A stretch of DNA of 64,000 nucleotides from Entomortierella parvispora E1425. Taxonomy: Eukaryota; Fungi; Mortierellomycota. The DNA lies in NCBI GenBank assembly GCA_020891255.1, contig BQFW01000007.1:1-64000 (forward strand), read 5' to 3'. Shown one piece after another: positions 23,454-34,893 of the stretch. The notes under the pieces were generated by a model that was given only the letters and a program-made list of their open reading frames with translations, searched no databases and was not told the DNA's origin. Each line of letters opens with the position of its first letter. Position 1 is the stretch's first letter. Made by a program: the position numbers and the translations under genes.

Positions 23454-24352
23454 GAATCAGGGGATTCACCCGCGGTTACTTGATTAATTCCTCGGCTGCC
23501 GTTGCCGTACTTAGGGCAATTGGGACTGATGTGACCCAATTCGCGGCAGCGGAAGCAGCCACCGTTACGTACAAGGTACTCTCGGTCGGCGGCGGTCAGG
23601 GGTGCGGGGCGATCTCGAGAAGGGTTGTTAGTACCGTTGGTGGGGCGGTTCTGTAAGGAGCGGTGAAGGGTGCCGAGTTGCTTGTGGATATTGTTGAGTT
23701 GGATATGAATATTGTCCACTTCCATTGCGTTGGGGTCGGTGATACCAGCAGAGGATCCCGAGGCAGCCAGTGCTTTGGCACCGAGTGATGGGTCTTCAGT
23801 GTGGAAGATACGACCGAACTCCTCCGCGGCCTTAAAGAGTCTGGGCAGATCTATGGTGTCGTTGCCTGCATTAACAATGGCCACTTCCAGCATCTGGCGA
23901 AGCTGAGTAGGTGCACCACTGAGAAAGGCAGTGCGGATAGTATCGTTGAGAACTGCGTTGTCGGCGTAGTAAGACTGGAGGAGTAGGTGGTATTCACGGG
24001 CTTTGGTAATATAGGCCATGACGTTGGAGATGTTCAGTGGCAGTGTCATTTTCATTTGCATTGTGAGGGCGAGAATGTGCTCCTTAAACTTCGCAGGGCT
24101 GAACTCGGCGGCAAGGAGCTCGCTGAAATCCGGGAATGAGGTGTCGGATGGCTTGTTTAAGAGTGCCCACCAGCCGATAACCTCATCGCCGGCAAAGGCA
24201 AGGGTAACCCCGACCTTGCGAGATTCGGCAATTCCAGCGCCATCGAAGAAAAAGGTCATGCGTTTCAGAAAACCGAGAACAGAGAATCCGTCGCGCTTGC
24301 CGTTGAACGGTGTTGGATGAGGGAATTTGAATGACGGTGTCGCGGAGTCCAT
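23432..24352 (-). CDS. gag: Gag of A4
   Basis: MDSATP...CFRCRELGHISPNC; near-identical to A2 gag. Confidence 0.9.
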   Translation of the reverse strand: MDSATPSFKFPHPTPFNGKRDGFSVLGFLKRMTFFFDGAGIAESRKVGVTLAFAGDEVIGWWALLNKPSDTSFPDFSELLAAEFSPAKFKEHILALTMQMKMTLPLNISNVMAYITKAREYHLLLQSYYADNAVLNDTIRTAFLSGAPTQLRQMLEVAIVNAGNDTIDLPRLFKAAEEFGRIFHTEDPSLGAKALAASGSSAGITDPNAMEVDNIHIQLNNIHKQLGTLHRSLQNRPTNGTNNPSRDRPAPLTAADREYLVRNGGCFRCRELGHISPNCPKYGNGSRGINQVTAGESPDSGKASGN

Positions 24353-26380
24353 GTTGGGTGAATTGTCGAGGGAGAGTTGATCGAAGAGGGATACGAGGGG
24401 GTCCAGGGTGTGAGTGTGTCGGAGGGTCAGTGGGTCAGTGAGGTCAGTGGATCGAAAACCTTTGCTACCATGCAATAGGAGTATCGAGGGTGGAGTGGAG
24501 ACAAGAAGTCAGTTTTATTATATTGCAAGTTTCTAGCTTTTGTAGGTACACATCGCGTGATGTCACCGTATTCCTGTTACAGATTCTTATCCTTGCTTGT
24601 TGTACTTGAAAGATTATAATAACATTGATCATAAGGTAGGCCCAATAAACAATCTCAATATCCAGAGACTCTTATCAGATATATTATGATCTTGTTATTC
24701 ATATCCAGATGGATGTCACCAGTGTTCCGGGATCCAGTCCAAGGGATTCCTGTACATTAACGGTCAATGATCGTCGGTATTGTTTCTCTCGTACGCGCCT
24801 AGTCCGCGGTACTTGTCAACGGGATCCTGAGTTGAAGTTCAACGGCTAAGGGTGAGGGGCGCAATGCTCGACGGAAACAAGACTGGTAAGACATGATTCG
24901 GCTTGGGACTCGAGACTCTGGCGGCAAGAACAAGGTAGAAGATCGAGCGAAAGGCAACAAATAAAGATAACGGGTATTGAACGATAAAAAAAAAGGGGGG
25001 GGCAATAAATCGCTCGATAATCAACCAAATTCAAAACGAAGGGCAGTTTTGAAATCCACACGAGAAAAGAACATAGAAAGGTCGTGGTTTCAAAGTAGGT
25101 TATAACGTGGGAGGTAGTGCGTCGAATTCTGCATGTGCCAAAAAAAAACAATTAATTGAATTACTTGCTCTAATTCAGCCCATGTGAGAAAAATGGTCGT
25201 GGAAAAAAAATCGGTATCCGACAAAGACAAAATAAGGGACTGAGCACTTCATCCTTGACGGTTGGAAGAGGTTGTAAAAGGATGGAATGACGCGAAAGGA
25301 GAGAAGGAGAAAGAAGGCGAGTGTTCAAGGTGGACAATGGGTCGAAAAACAGCAGTGAAAGACGAAAATGCTGTGGCTCAGCTAATACTCAGCGGATTTC
25401 AAAACAAAGGACGGTTCTGGAATCTTCTCGAAGAACGAACATAAGAAGGTACCATTCTTAAGGTAGCTCATAACAGAGTGTGACTGCTCCGAAATGTTCC
25501 GAATGGAGAAAAAAATGAAATTAATTCAGATCCGAGATCTCAATTCGGGTGCATGCGACCACAAATGAACACAAATGAACACGAATGAAGACGAGATTTG
25601 TTGAGGAAAATACCGGGAAGTATTATCCTCAGCAGAGGGATAGGGATGAAAGCGGAAAGAAGACGCGGGGGGCAAAGGAGTGAAAAAAAAAAAAAAAAAA
25701 GAAAAAGAAAAAAGAAAAAGTCCAAGAGGGCCGGACGGGGACCATATAAACAAAAGTGCACACAGTGAAGTGGACCTCTGTCTATATCCTCTTATTGCAG
25801 TACCCAGCAATGGTTGCCCAGGTTCTCCACCATTTTCGTTCGGGTGTGGTGTTGCTACAATGGGTTGGGGATCGGTCGTAGCTCAAAGAGAGAGGGGCTG
25901 GTCACAAGTGATCAAGGGAAAGGGGATTGCTTGCGAGGGGGAGGATAGACGTTGCAGGATCTCACTGTCTAAACTGTGTGAACCAAGTATCAATAAAGAT
26001 CTCAGTCCGGTGGAAGCTCAAGACTTGTACGAAGGCAAGCTTGATCGGCAGAACAGGGTCTGTGATATCCAAAGGTAAAGGGGGGGGGAGGAGGTTAGAC
26101 TAGCTACTAATAGTCTCAGCAATCGGAATTAAGGCGTCGATCTTGCTGCTGCTGCAAAGGGGATATCGGGCAGGAAGTGGGGGGGGGGATGTGTATGTGT
26201 TCTGTAACGATCAAACAAAGGCAAACGAAAAAGTAGGGAAGGAAGCGACCCAGAGCAATTACTGCTCTGAACACGAAATTATATTAACGCAATCTTTTAA
26301 GGGTATCTAAACTGACTTCTACAAATGTGTGATCTGTATCTACTACACCACACCGGTCCCCTGCCGCATCCACTAGCAGC

Positions 26381-27850
26381 ATGGAGAGTAGTGTGCCAGA
26401 TATGCGCCTAGAAGGAGAGATCCCAGGTCACCTCAAAAACACACCTGAAGTGTTTGTAGCCACGGACAGAGAGAAATGGCTGATGGAAAGCACCCTGAGC
26501 AGGATGGAGAGCATGCTGTTGAACGTGTTGAAGCGTACGGAATTAGCAGCCGCTAATCGTCATCCTGAGTACGCTCAAACTGCCGATCCAGGACCAATCC
26601 CTGAACCCACTCCCTCGTTACCGACGACCCAGCCAACCAGCCATTTCTCGACCCCCTACAGGCCCTCTAACTTTGTCGAAGGAAGGACCCGAGAACGAAT
26701 CGAACGTCCTTGGTCACGTGACGAACGCCCTCAAGATCAGTATCGGATGCCTCACAACGACTTCCATGGCAAGAAAGAACCTCGTGTATGTTCGGCTGGA
26801 AAGTTCAATCCTAAGAAACATAAGGCAGAGGTATGGCTGCATCAGTACCAGTTGTGGGCTGGAACGCAATTTACCAACATGAACCCGCATACGGCTGCCT
26901 CTCGTACCATCGAATCATTTGGAGCATCCATGGGAACAGACGAAACACAGGCCTGGTTTGTATACTTTCTCGAAAATAACCGGGAGGTTCGCCCTGAAGG
27001 TCTCTACGAGGACTTCCGCAATACTTTCATGTCCGTTCGCGATCAGTTGCTCTCAGGATCCTTGGCGCAATTGGACAAGTGCAAGCAGACAAAGAAAGAG
27101 TCGGTCCAGGCCTTCAACATCCGTTTTAGGATCCTGAACGAACAATATCAACAGGCTACTCGACAAGGACTTGGCGTGTATGATGAAGCAGGCGTACGCA
27201 AGGCTTATCTCAAGAACTTGTTCCTTCCTGACATTGCCAAGGAGGTCCACCACCAGAACAAACTTGAGGATATGATGGAGGAGGCCCACAAATGCTCCCG
27301 CAAGATGTACGAGTTGTATCTGGTACGACATGACGAGGAAACGGACGACACCGAGGGTGAAAGCGAGTCCAGTGATGACAACGACGATAAGAACACAACT
27401 GCTAAGGACAAGCAAAAGAAGAAGGGCCTGTTAGATGACCGTGGCAAATCTGAATCAAAGACCGTCGGCACCCCGTCCGTGAAGCACGACACCAAATCCG
27501 TTACCTCTGGCAAAAACAACTCGACCCAGAAGAATTTAGCTTCCAAGGACGACATCGAAGCTGTCACTCAGGAGCTGGATCGCCTGAAAATCCTCATCAG
27601 TAAGAGTAATCGAGTTACTCCAAGACCGGCTGGTCCGCCCACCACTCGGTACTCAGGCGAGAAGAACCCCATGTCAGAGAGACAGTGTTACAATTGCCAA
27701 CAGTTGGGACATATAGCCCGAGATTGCCCCGCGCAGAAGACACCTCAAACTTTGTTGGTCGAAGCCAGGATCGACGAAGGCGCTGGAGTTGAGGATTTCG
27801 ACGTTCGCTGTTATTTCTTCGGATTTGTTGAAGTCGAAGTGGATTTTTAG
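26381..27850 (+). CDS. gag: Gag of family B with CCHC zinc knuckle
   Basis: 489-aa ORF; CYNCQQLGHIARDC; follows the PBS and leader. Confidence 0.88.
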   Translation: MESSVPDMRLEGEIPGHLKNTPEVFVATDREKWLMESTLSRMESMLLNVLKRTELAAANRHPEYAQTADPGPIPEPTPSLPTTQPTSHFSTPYRPSNFVEGRTRERIERPWSRDERPQDQYRMPHNDFHGKKEPRVCSAGKFNPKKHKAEVWLHQYQLWAGTQFTNMNPHTAASRTIESFGASMGTDETQAWFVYFLENNREVRPEGLYEDFRNTFMSVRDQLLSGSLAQLDKCKQTKKESVQAFNIRFRILNEQYQQATRQGLGVYDEAGVRKAYLKNLFLPDIAKEVHHQNKLEDMMEEAHKCSRKMYELYLVRHDEETDDTEGESESSDDNDDKNTTAKDKQKKKGLLDDRGKSESKTVGTPSVKHDTKSVTSGKNNSTQKNLASKDDIEAVTQELDRLKILISKSNRVTPRPAGPPTTRYSGEKNPMSERQCYNCQQLGHIARDCPAQKTPQTLLVEARIDEGAGVEDFDVRCYFFGFVEVEVDF

Positions 27851-27859
27851 AAGGGGACC

Positions 27860-30800
27860 ATGGAGAGACTCCAAACCATGAACCCCCTGACCCTATCCAT
27901 GGAGAAAAACACAGAAGAAGTAAGCGTACTGGTTGCTACTCGTCCCACTACCCGCAACCCTACCAGCTCGTTACCGTATGCAAAAGCGCCGCCGCCTCGA
28001 GGAGTGCCTCGCCCCAACGCTGCCACCCAAGTCCTGAAAAGACCACCTGCCATGACTACACGTGTTGGCCCATCTGCCATGTCGCATGTCAAAGCCCTCC
28101 AACATGCTGCGGCCAAGGCTCGCTCGATGGAAGTCGATCCTCCTCCTCGACGAGAGATGATGACCGCAGTGGAGATTCCCATCAAGCCCAAGGAGAGTGT
28201 CCCAAGTTCCATTGAAGGTCCATCTGCTGCGGAAAACTTGGCCCGGCTCGAACGAACCATCGCTGCACAAGATGCAATCAAGGCAACGAAGGGAATTGAG
28301 AGAGATGGGCGAGATAGAGATGGAGGCGGACGACTCAGATGGCGGATTACGAAGGATGATGGTGCCGCCGAAGGAAAGTCGAAAAGTAATGGAGACAAGA
28401 AAAGTGAATGGAGGAAGAGATGATGGAACGAGCATGCGTGCGTCATCGGCCAAGAAGATCACATGGGAGGAAAAAAGACCAGTCACGGCCACCCTCGCCC
28501 GAAAAGAAAAAAGAGAGCAGCAAGAACGACAAAAAAGGGGAGCAAAAGAAAAAAAAAACGGACGGACCGGATCTTACCCTCGAGTCAGATGAGGCGTTTT
28601 TGAAGTCGTTACCCAATCCTATCGTGTTGCAGTTGAAGCAGAAACCTTTTGACATCCGTCAGTGCTTACGAACCACCAAAGTCGAAGGCTTAACCATCGG
28701 GCAACTGATGGAGTTGTCACCCAGCATTAGACGGACTGTACAAGCCTCGCTGAAAACTGTGCCGCGCGAGGAGCGAGTCCTACTCACTCAAGAATATCCC
28801 TCGTTATTACTGGGCGAGTCCGAAATAGAAGAGCTACGTGTTTTTCTGAACCGAGTGGAACGATCCAAAACCGACACCCATGGATTCAGAGCTGCCATCA
28901 TGGGAACCAAGTGCGAGATTTTGTTGGATGGTGGCTCCTGTGTCAATGTTATCCGTCGTGGATTTCTCGATCAAATCGGGATAACCAACCACACACCTTA
29001 CTCGTCATTTTCGTTGAAAGGTTTGACTGGAAACGCTGGAGTTGCTGGAGAAGCTCCGGGCGTTCCTATCGACATTCAAGGTATCATGATTCCAGCGGGC
29101 TGCGTGATTGTGGACTCTGTCGACTTCGATATTTTGTTGGGCCGCCCATTTCTCGAGGCTTGCAGCGGATACACAAATTGGTCTACTGCTATCACTACCT
29201 TGCATGTCCAAGGATTCAAGGTCACAATTGATGGTCGCGCCCGCACCCTTCCGATCGTTTCTCGCGTTGACAACCAAGACGATACGAGTGAATCCGAAGC
29301 CGAACTCAGCGAAGACACGTCCGAGGATTCAGGTACCGATAACGAAGCGTCCTCCACCAGCGAAAAAGAAGATGGGGATGAAGGATACGCCCTCCTTATT
29401 CGAAACATCCAGGAAGGGAGGGTAGAGCGCACTACCGTGGAACAACTCAAGCAGGACGATGCCAAGGGAGACATTGTCAATTGTTGGTTTTTGCAAGCGG
29501 TTTTCCCAGAACCCCCTATTCCGGATGGTCGTCAACCTGTATCATGTCTCTCCGTTGTGGATGCTTCCCACCCGTCACCATCTGCTGAAATCAGTTCTAT
29601 CTTCGACGCTTCTCCGATCATGGTGAATGACTCCTATGGTTTCCACCTGGAAGCACCACGTTGCCGAGACCGGTTGACTAACACTCCGGTCATGTTGCTG
29701 CCTGGTTTGGAGGAACGATCAGTGTATGTGGGAGACATACCGGAGGTGCATGATAATTTATCAGAAATTCGACGTATTTTCCAGAAACATGAGGAATGCT
29801 TTCCAAAGGAGGGCGAGATGTCAAGGACTCTGAACGCTGATATGTTGGAAGCACCCGCTTCTTTCCACCTCAAGCCTGGCTCAAAGTTTCCGCGTGCGTA
29901 CAACAAGAAATATTCACCGGGTCAGATAACCACTTTATGTGAATATCGCGATCAAATGGTCAAGGCTGGAAAGATGAGGCGATCCAGCTCTCCTGCCTCC
30001 TGCAATCCGCTCTTAATACAAAAGAAGGATAACTCCTATCGGGTATGCGTTAATTTCATACCAGTCAACAAGTTGATTGCACCTATGGCATGGCCGCTAC
30101 CGGATCCCATCACCGAGATATACAAGTTGCAAGGATGCGAGTTTTTGTCATTTTGGGATTGCAAAGATGGGTATCTTCAATCACCTATCGCCGAAGACAG
30201 TCGCTTCCTCACCGCCGTCGCCTTTCCGGATGGATTATACGAGTATAACGTATTGCCTATGGGATTGATCGATTCTATGCAATGGTATACTCGCCACATG
30301 GGCGAGGTCTTCAGCACAATCAAGGAACGACTAGGGAATTTCGTGGACGACATGGCTACAGGCGACGGCACCTTTCATCTCCATTTCCGCACCGTTGAAG
30401 AAGTGCTAGCCCGCATGGATATGTTCAACGGTTCGTTTTCAGGCAAGAAATCGGCGTTCTTTGTCAAACAGCGCGAGTTCTTGGGAAGGATTGTAGGAGA
30501 TAGTCGGATCTCTGCGGACCCCAAGAAGCTATTCAAGATGGAATATTGGCCCGTGCCTCAGAATGTCACTGAACTACGCGGTTTCGTTGGTTTTGCTTTA
30601 TTTTTGTGTGATTTCATATCCAACTTTTCTGCCATGGCTGCCCCATTGTTTCCTCTGTACAAATTGCACAAGGATCCAAACGCTTTTGTGGAAAAATGGA
30701 TGTCAGATCCCAAATATATGAAAGCCTTCCGCGATATTCAGGTTGCTCTGGTCACCGCTCCAGTTCTAATTATGATGGACCATAAGAGACCGGTTATTAT

Positions 30801-32541
30801 ATCCGCCGACACGTCGGATTTCGCCACAGGGCATGTGGTTGCTCATTGTCTGAACCCAGAAGATGACGATCGGATCGATATCAACGTCAAATATCAGCCC
30901 ATTGTTTTTGGAAGCCGGAAATTATCGGGGGCCGAGTCTCGTTATTTTGCCACGGAGCGCGAATTGCTAGGACTAGTGTATTGCCTCGTCAAGCACAGTC
31001 ATCTGTTAGAAGGGAAGGAGATTCATGTCTTCATCGACCATCGGGCGTTGTTATACATGCATAACCTTTCTTCGAGGAGCGCGCGACTCACTCGGTGGAC
31101 ATTAATCATCGCCCAATACCGGGTTACCATTCATCATCGACCCGGGCGGGACATGAAAGACTCCGATCCTTTATCTCGCATCCATCACAAGAATGTCACT
31201 GGGGAGGATCTACCGGACCTTGGGGTGGAGGAAGCCATTGAGGTACAAGAAAACAAGAGGTTGATGAGCACTTTGCTCATCTCGGAGGACCAAGAGCCAT
31301 TCGTCTCAATTGTGGCTGCGTTACAAGGAGATCCTTTGACCTATTTGGACAAAAATTCAAGGGGCAAAATTATGAGCATGCTACCCAAGTATTTTGTTGC
31401 TCAAGGTCGTCTATTCAAGCGCACGCCTGGCGGCATGCCTCGCCAATACGTGCCGCCTGGAGAAGTATCTAGGGTGTTAGAACGCGCTCATGGATCCACC
31501 ATCGTCGGGCATCTGGGCGTAGTTTCGACCTATACTCTCATCGCCGAGGGATACTTCTGGCCTGGGATGTACAAGGACGTTAAGGAACACTTATCCAGCT
31601 GTGATGCATGTCAACGGTATCAGGCACGAGACCCCACCCGATATCGTTTCCATCGCATACCTCCGCCTCGAACTATCTTTGAGACTGTGGGACTAGATGC
31701 CGTCGGACCTTTGCCAATGTCCAATGGAAAGAGATTCGTTTTGAACATGGTGGATTATCTCTCCGGATGGGTTGTGTCCGTTGCATTGTCATCCTTGGCT
31801 GGAAACCTAGTCTTGCGAACAGTTGAAAAACATTGGGCGATGCAATATGGCCATCCTAAACGTATCATCACGGATAATGGATCATCGTTGTCCGCAGGAG
31901 TCTTCAAAGCATGGTGTATCAAGCATATGATCGATCTGGATCCAGCTTCTGCATATCATGCACAGACCAACGGAATGGTAGAGCGGTATAATGGTTTCAT
32001 GGTGCGTCAAATGGCCCGCATCATCCAGCATGATGGATTACCAGAGAATGCGTGGGCTACCATTCTGGATCGTGTTACCTGGACTTGGAGGACCCAGATC
32101 AAACAGACCCGGGGGGTTTCACCGTTCGAGATCCTTTTTGGGCAACGAGCCCGTCTTCCCTGGGATATCGATCTTAACCACAACATGGACTTGGAAGAAC
32201 GTGAAGAGGTGGATGAGGAGAGACGGGAAATCTTGGGAGTTTTACGCGCGGAGGTTCATCAAAGGATCATAAATGAGCACAAATGGTCCACCGATGCAGC
32301 CGACCTCCCTCCCCCTCGACAGTACGAAGTTGGAGATGAGGTATTAGTACATCAATCCGCGCTTCTCAAGCAGTGGAGCGGTAAGCTCTCACCCAGATGG
32401 AAGGGACCTTACGTTATTGTTGAAGCTTTGCCCGGAGGAGCCTATCGATTGAGTGAAAAGATCGATGGACAATGGCATCGATATTATGGAGGTCGACCCG
32501 TTAACCACAGTCGCCTTAGACCGTATAAACGAACGACCTAG
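27860..32541 (+). CDS. pol: Pol of family B (linker, protease, RT, RNase H, integrase); reading frame broken near 28410-28423
   Basis: ORFs 27860-28423 and 28408-32541; LLDGGS; WDCKDGY and FVDD; ADTSD and ERE; HHCC; GLDAVG, TDNG, MVERY; WKGPY. Confidence 0.9.
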
Positions 32542-33702
32542 TAGGATATGGGGATCAGCCCACCAGAGACACTCACTGGCTTGCTCTCACATAGGAGGAT
32601 GTGAGAAAGAGACCCTGGGATCGGTGTGGTGTAGTAGATGTGGAGTCCCGATCCACATCAATCGGAGTAGATATACATTTTCAGTAGCATTTATTATTTT
32701 GTTTAGTTTCAGTTTTTTTTTCTATAAAGAAGGGAGCAAAATCCATTTTGCTCCTGGTTGCCTTTTTCCTTTACGATTCCTGCCAGTACACTTTTGTTGA
32801 ACCCTTCAGAACACAAACATACATCCCCCCCTTCCTGCCCGATATCCCCTTTGCAGCAGCAGCAAGCTCGACGCCTTAATTCCGATTGCTGAGACTATTA
32901 GTAGCTAGTCTAAACCTCCTCCCCCCCCTTACCTTTGGATATCACAGACCTATTGCGTTCTGTTGATCGACCTTGTACACTCACAAGTTACGATCTTCCC
33001 CGTCCTCGACAAGTCCCGTCAAGAACCTCGGCCAACCAGTTCTCCGTGTCCTTGCTCACTTACGAGTTAGTATAGTACCTAGTGTTCGCCTCCGTAGTTG
33101 TTTATTCTCCTGTTTGGTTACCATTAGGACGTGCTTAGCTCATTGGTATGTCCTTATTAGTCTCCTTTCAGTTTCGTTCCTGCTTATATCGTGATCCTGT
33201 TGCTCATTCTCCTCCTCCTGTCTATCCAGTTCATTCTCTCGAGATTGTATCTGATCATATAGCAGTGCTGTGCTTGATCCTTGTGGCACAGAGAGCAAAG
33301 TCCCTATCATATGTAAGCAGCGAGCTTTGTTCGTTATTATTCTTTTCGTTATCATTTTCACCTCCAGCCTTTGCTGACGTTAGACTATACTTACTTTAGA
33401 CAACATCACAGCATCAAAGAAGAAAGTCATGGGAGGATGTTGACCTCAAAACAAGATGTCATCTTGTATGAATCAGGAGCAGATACGATATGCAAAAAAG
33501 CCCGGCTTTCAGCCTCTTCTATAGGAGAGAGCGGTGGCATATCGTGGGCCTTGAAGTGTATTAATAGGGATGTTTATTTTAGTAACCTAGTTTAGTAGCA
33601 AGCCACCCTCGCACTCCCTTATCAAAGGAGTGCGAGGGCAGAACATAAAGATCCTTCTTCTTGTCTCGATAGTCATATTGTAAGTGAGAGCCCAAAATAT
33701 CC

Positions 33703-34617
33703 CAGGTGCCGAGTTGCTTGTGGATATTGTTGAGTTGGATATGAATATTGTCCACCTCCATTGCGTTGGGGTCGGTGATACCAGCAGAGGATCCCGAGGC
33801 AGCCAGTGCTTTGGCACCGAGTGATGGGTCTCCAGTGTGGAAGATACGATCGAACTCCTCCGCGGCCTTGAAGAGTCTGGGCAGATCTATGGTGTCGTTG
33901 CCTGCATTAACAATGGCCACCTCCAGCATCTGGCGAAGCTGAGTAGGTGCACCACTGAGAAAGGCAGTACGGATAGTATCGTTGAGAACTGTGTTGTCGG
34001 CGTAGTAAGACTGGAGGAGTAGGTGGTATTCACGGGCTTTGGTAATATAGGCCATGACGTTGGAGATGTTCAGTGGCAGTGTCATTTTCATTTGCATTGT
34101 GAGGGCGAGAATGTGCTCCTTAAACTTCGCAGGGCTGAACTCGGCGGCAAGGAGCTCGCTGAAATCCGGGAATGAGGTGTCGGATGGCTTGTTTAAGAGT
34201 GCCCACCAGCCGATAACCTCATCGCCGGCAAAGGCAAGGGTAACCCCGACCTTGCGAGATTCGGCAATTCCAGCGCCATCGAAGAAAAAGGTCATGCGTT
34301 TCAGAAAACCGAGAACAGAGAATCCGTCGCGCTTGCCGTTGAACGGTGTTGGATGAGGGAATTTGAATGACGGTGTCGCGGAGTCCATGTTGGGTGAATT
34401 GTCGAGGGAGAGTTGATCGAAGAGGGATACGAGGGGGTCCAGGGTGTGAGTGTGTCGGAGGGTCAGTGGGTCAGTGAGGTCAGTGGATCGAAAACCTTTG
34501 CTACCATGCAATAGGAGTATCGAGGGTGGAGTGGAGACAAGAAGTGAGTTTTATTATATTGCAAGTTTCTAGCTTTTGTAGGTACACATCGCGTGATGTC
34601 ACCGTATTCCTGTTACA
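33703..34617 (-). mobile_element. Family A copy A6: 5' LTR (34507-34617), PBS and gag truncated before the zinc knuckle
   Basis: Gag identity ends at KQLGT, then unrelated sequence; LTR flank AACGG belongs to gag of A7. Confidence 0.93.
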
Positions 34618-34893
34618 AACGGTGTTGGATGAGGGAATTTGAATGACGGTGTCGCGGAGTCCATGTTGGGTGAATTGTCGAGGGAGAGTTGATCGAAGAG
34701 GGATACGAGGGGGTCCAGGGTGTGAGTGTGTCGGAGGGTCAGTGGGTCAGTGAGGCCAGTGGATCGAAAACCTTTGCTACCATGCAATAGGAGTATCGAG
34801 GGTGGAGTGGAGACAAGAAGTGAGTTTTATTATATTGCAAGTTTCTAGCTTTTGTAGGTACACATCGCGTGATGTCACCGTATTCCTGTTACA
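34618..34893 (-). mobile_element. Family A copy A7: 5' LTR (34783-34893), PBS and gag start
   Basis: Same sequence as the A 5' end; cut by A6. Confidence 0.93.

Larger units (their letters stand above)
19517..24581 (-). mobile_element. Family A copy A4: full-length (5,065 bp), inserted in element X
   Basis: LTRs 19517-19627 and 24471-24581 share a private SNP (GAAGTCAG); TSD GATTC at 19512-19516 and 24582-24586; one apparent frameshift near 21530. Confidence 0.97.
18721..26352 (-). mobile_element. Element X: non-autonomous LTR retroelement (~2.56 kb once the nested A4 is removed)
   Basis: Near-identical ~507-bp LTRs at 18721-19227 and 25845-26352; TSD CCGG at 18717-18720 and 26353-26356; PBS at 25815-25832; no protein-like ORF internally. 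Confidence 0.92.
17530..33410 (+). mobile_element. Family B Ty3/gypsy element (no chromodomain), interrupted in its leader by element X
   Basis: 5' LTR 17530-18565; PBS 18579-18596; gag 26381; pol to 32541; 3' LTR 32625-33410 with ~250-bp deletion; outer flanks ACGC and GCAT do not match. Confidence 0.9.

Noticed and set aside
1-24581. Dozens of short overlapping and antisense ORFs repeated across A copies
   Set aside because: Shadow frames of gag-pol; their recurrence only reflects copy identity
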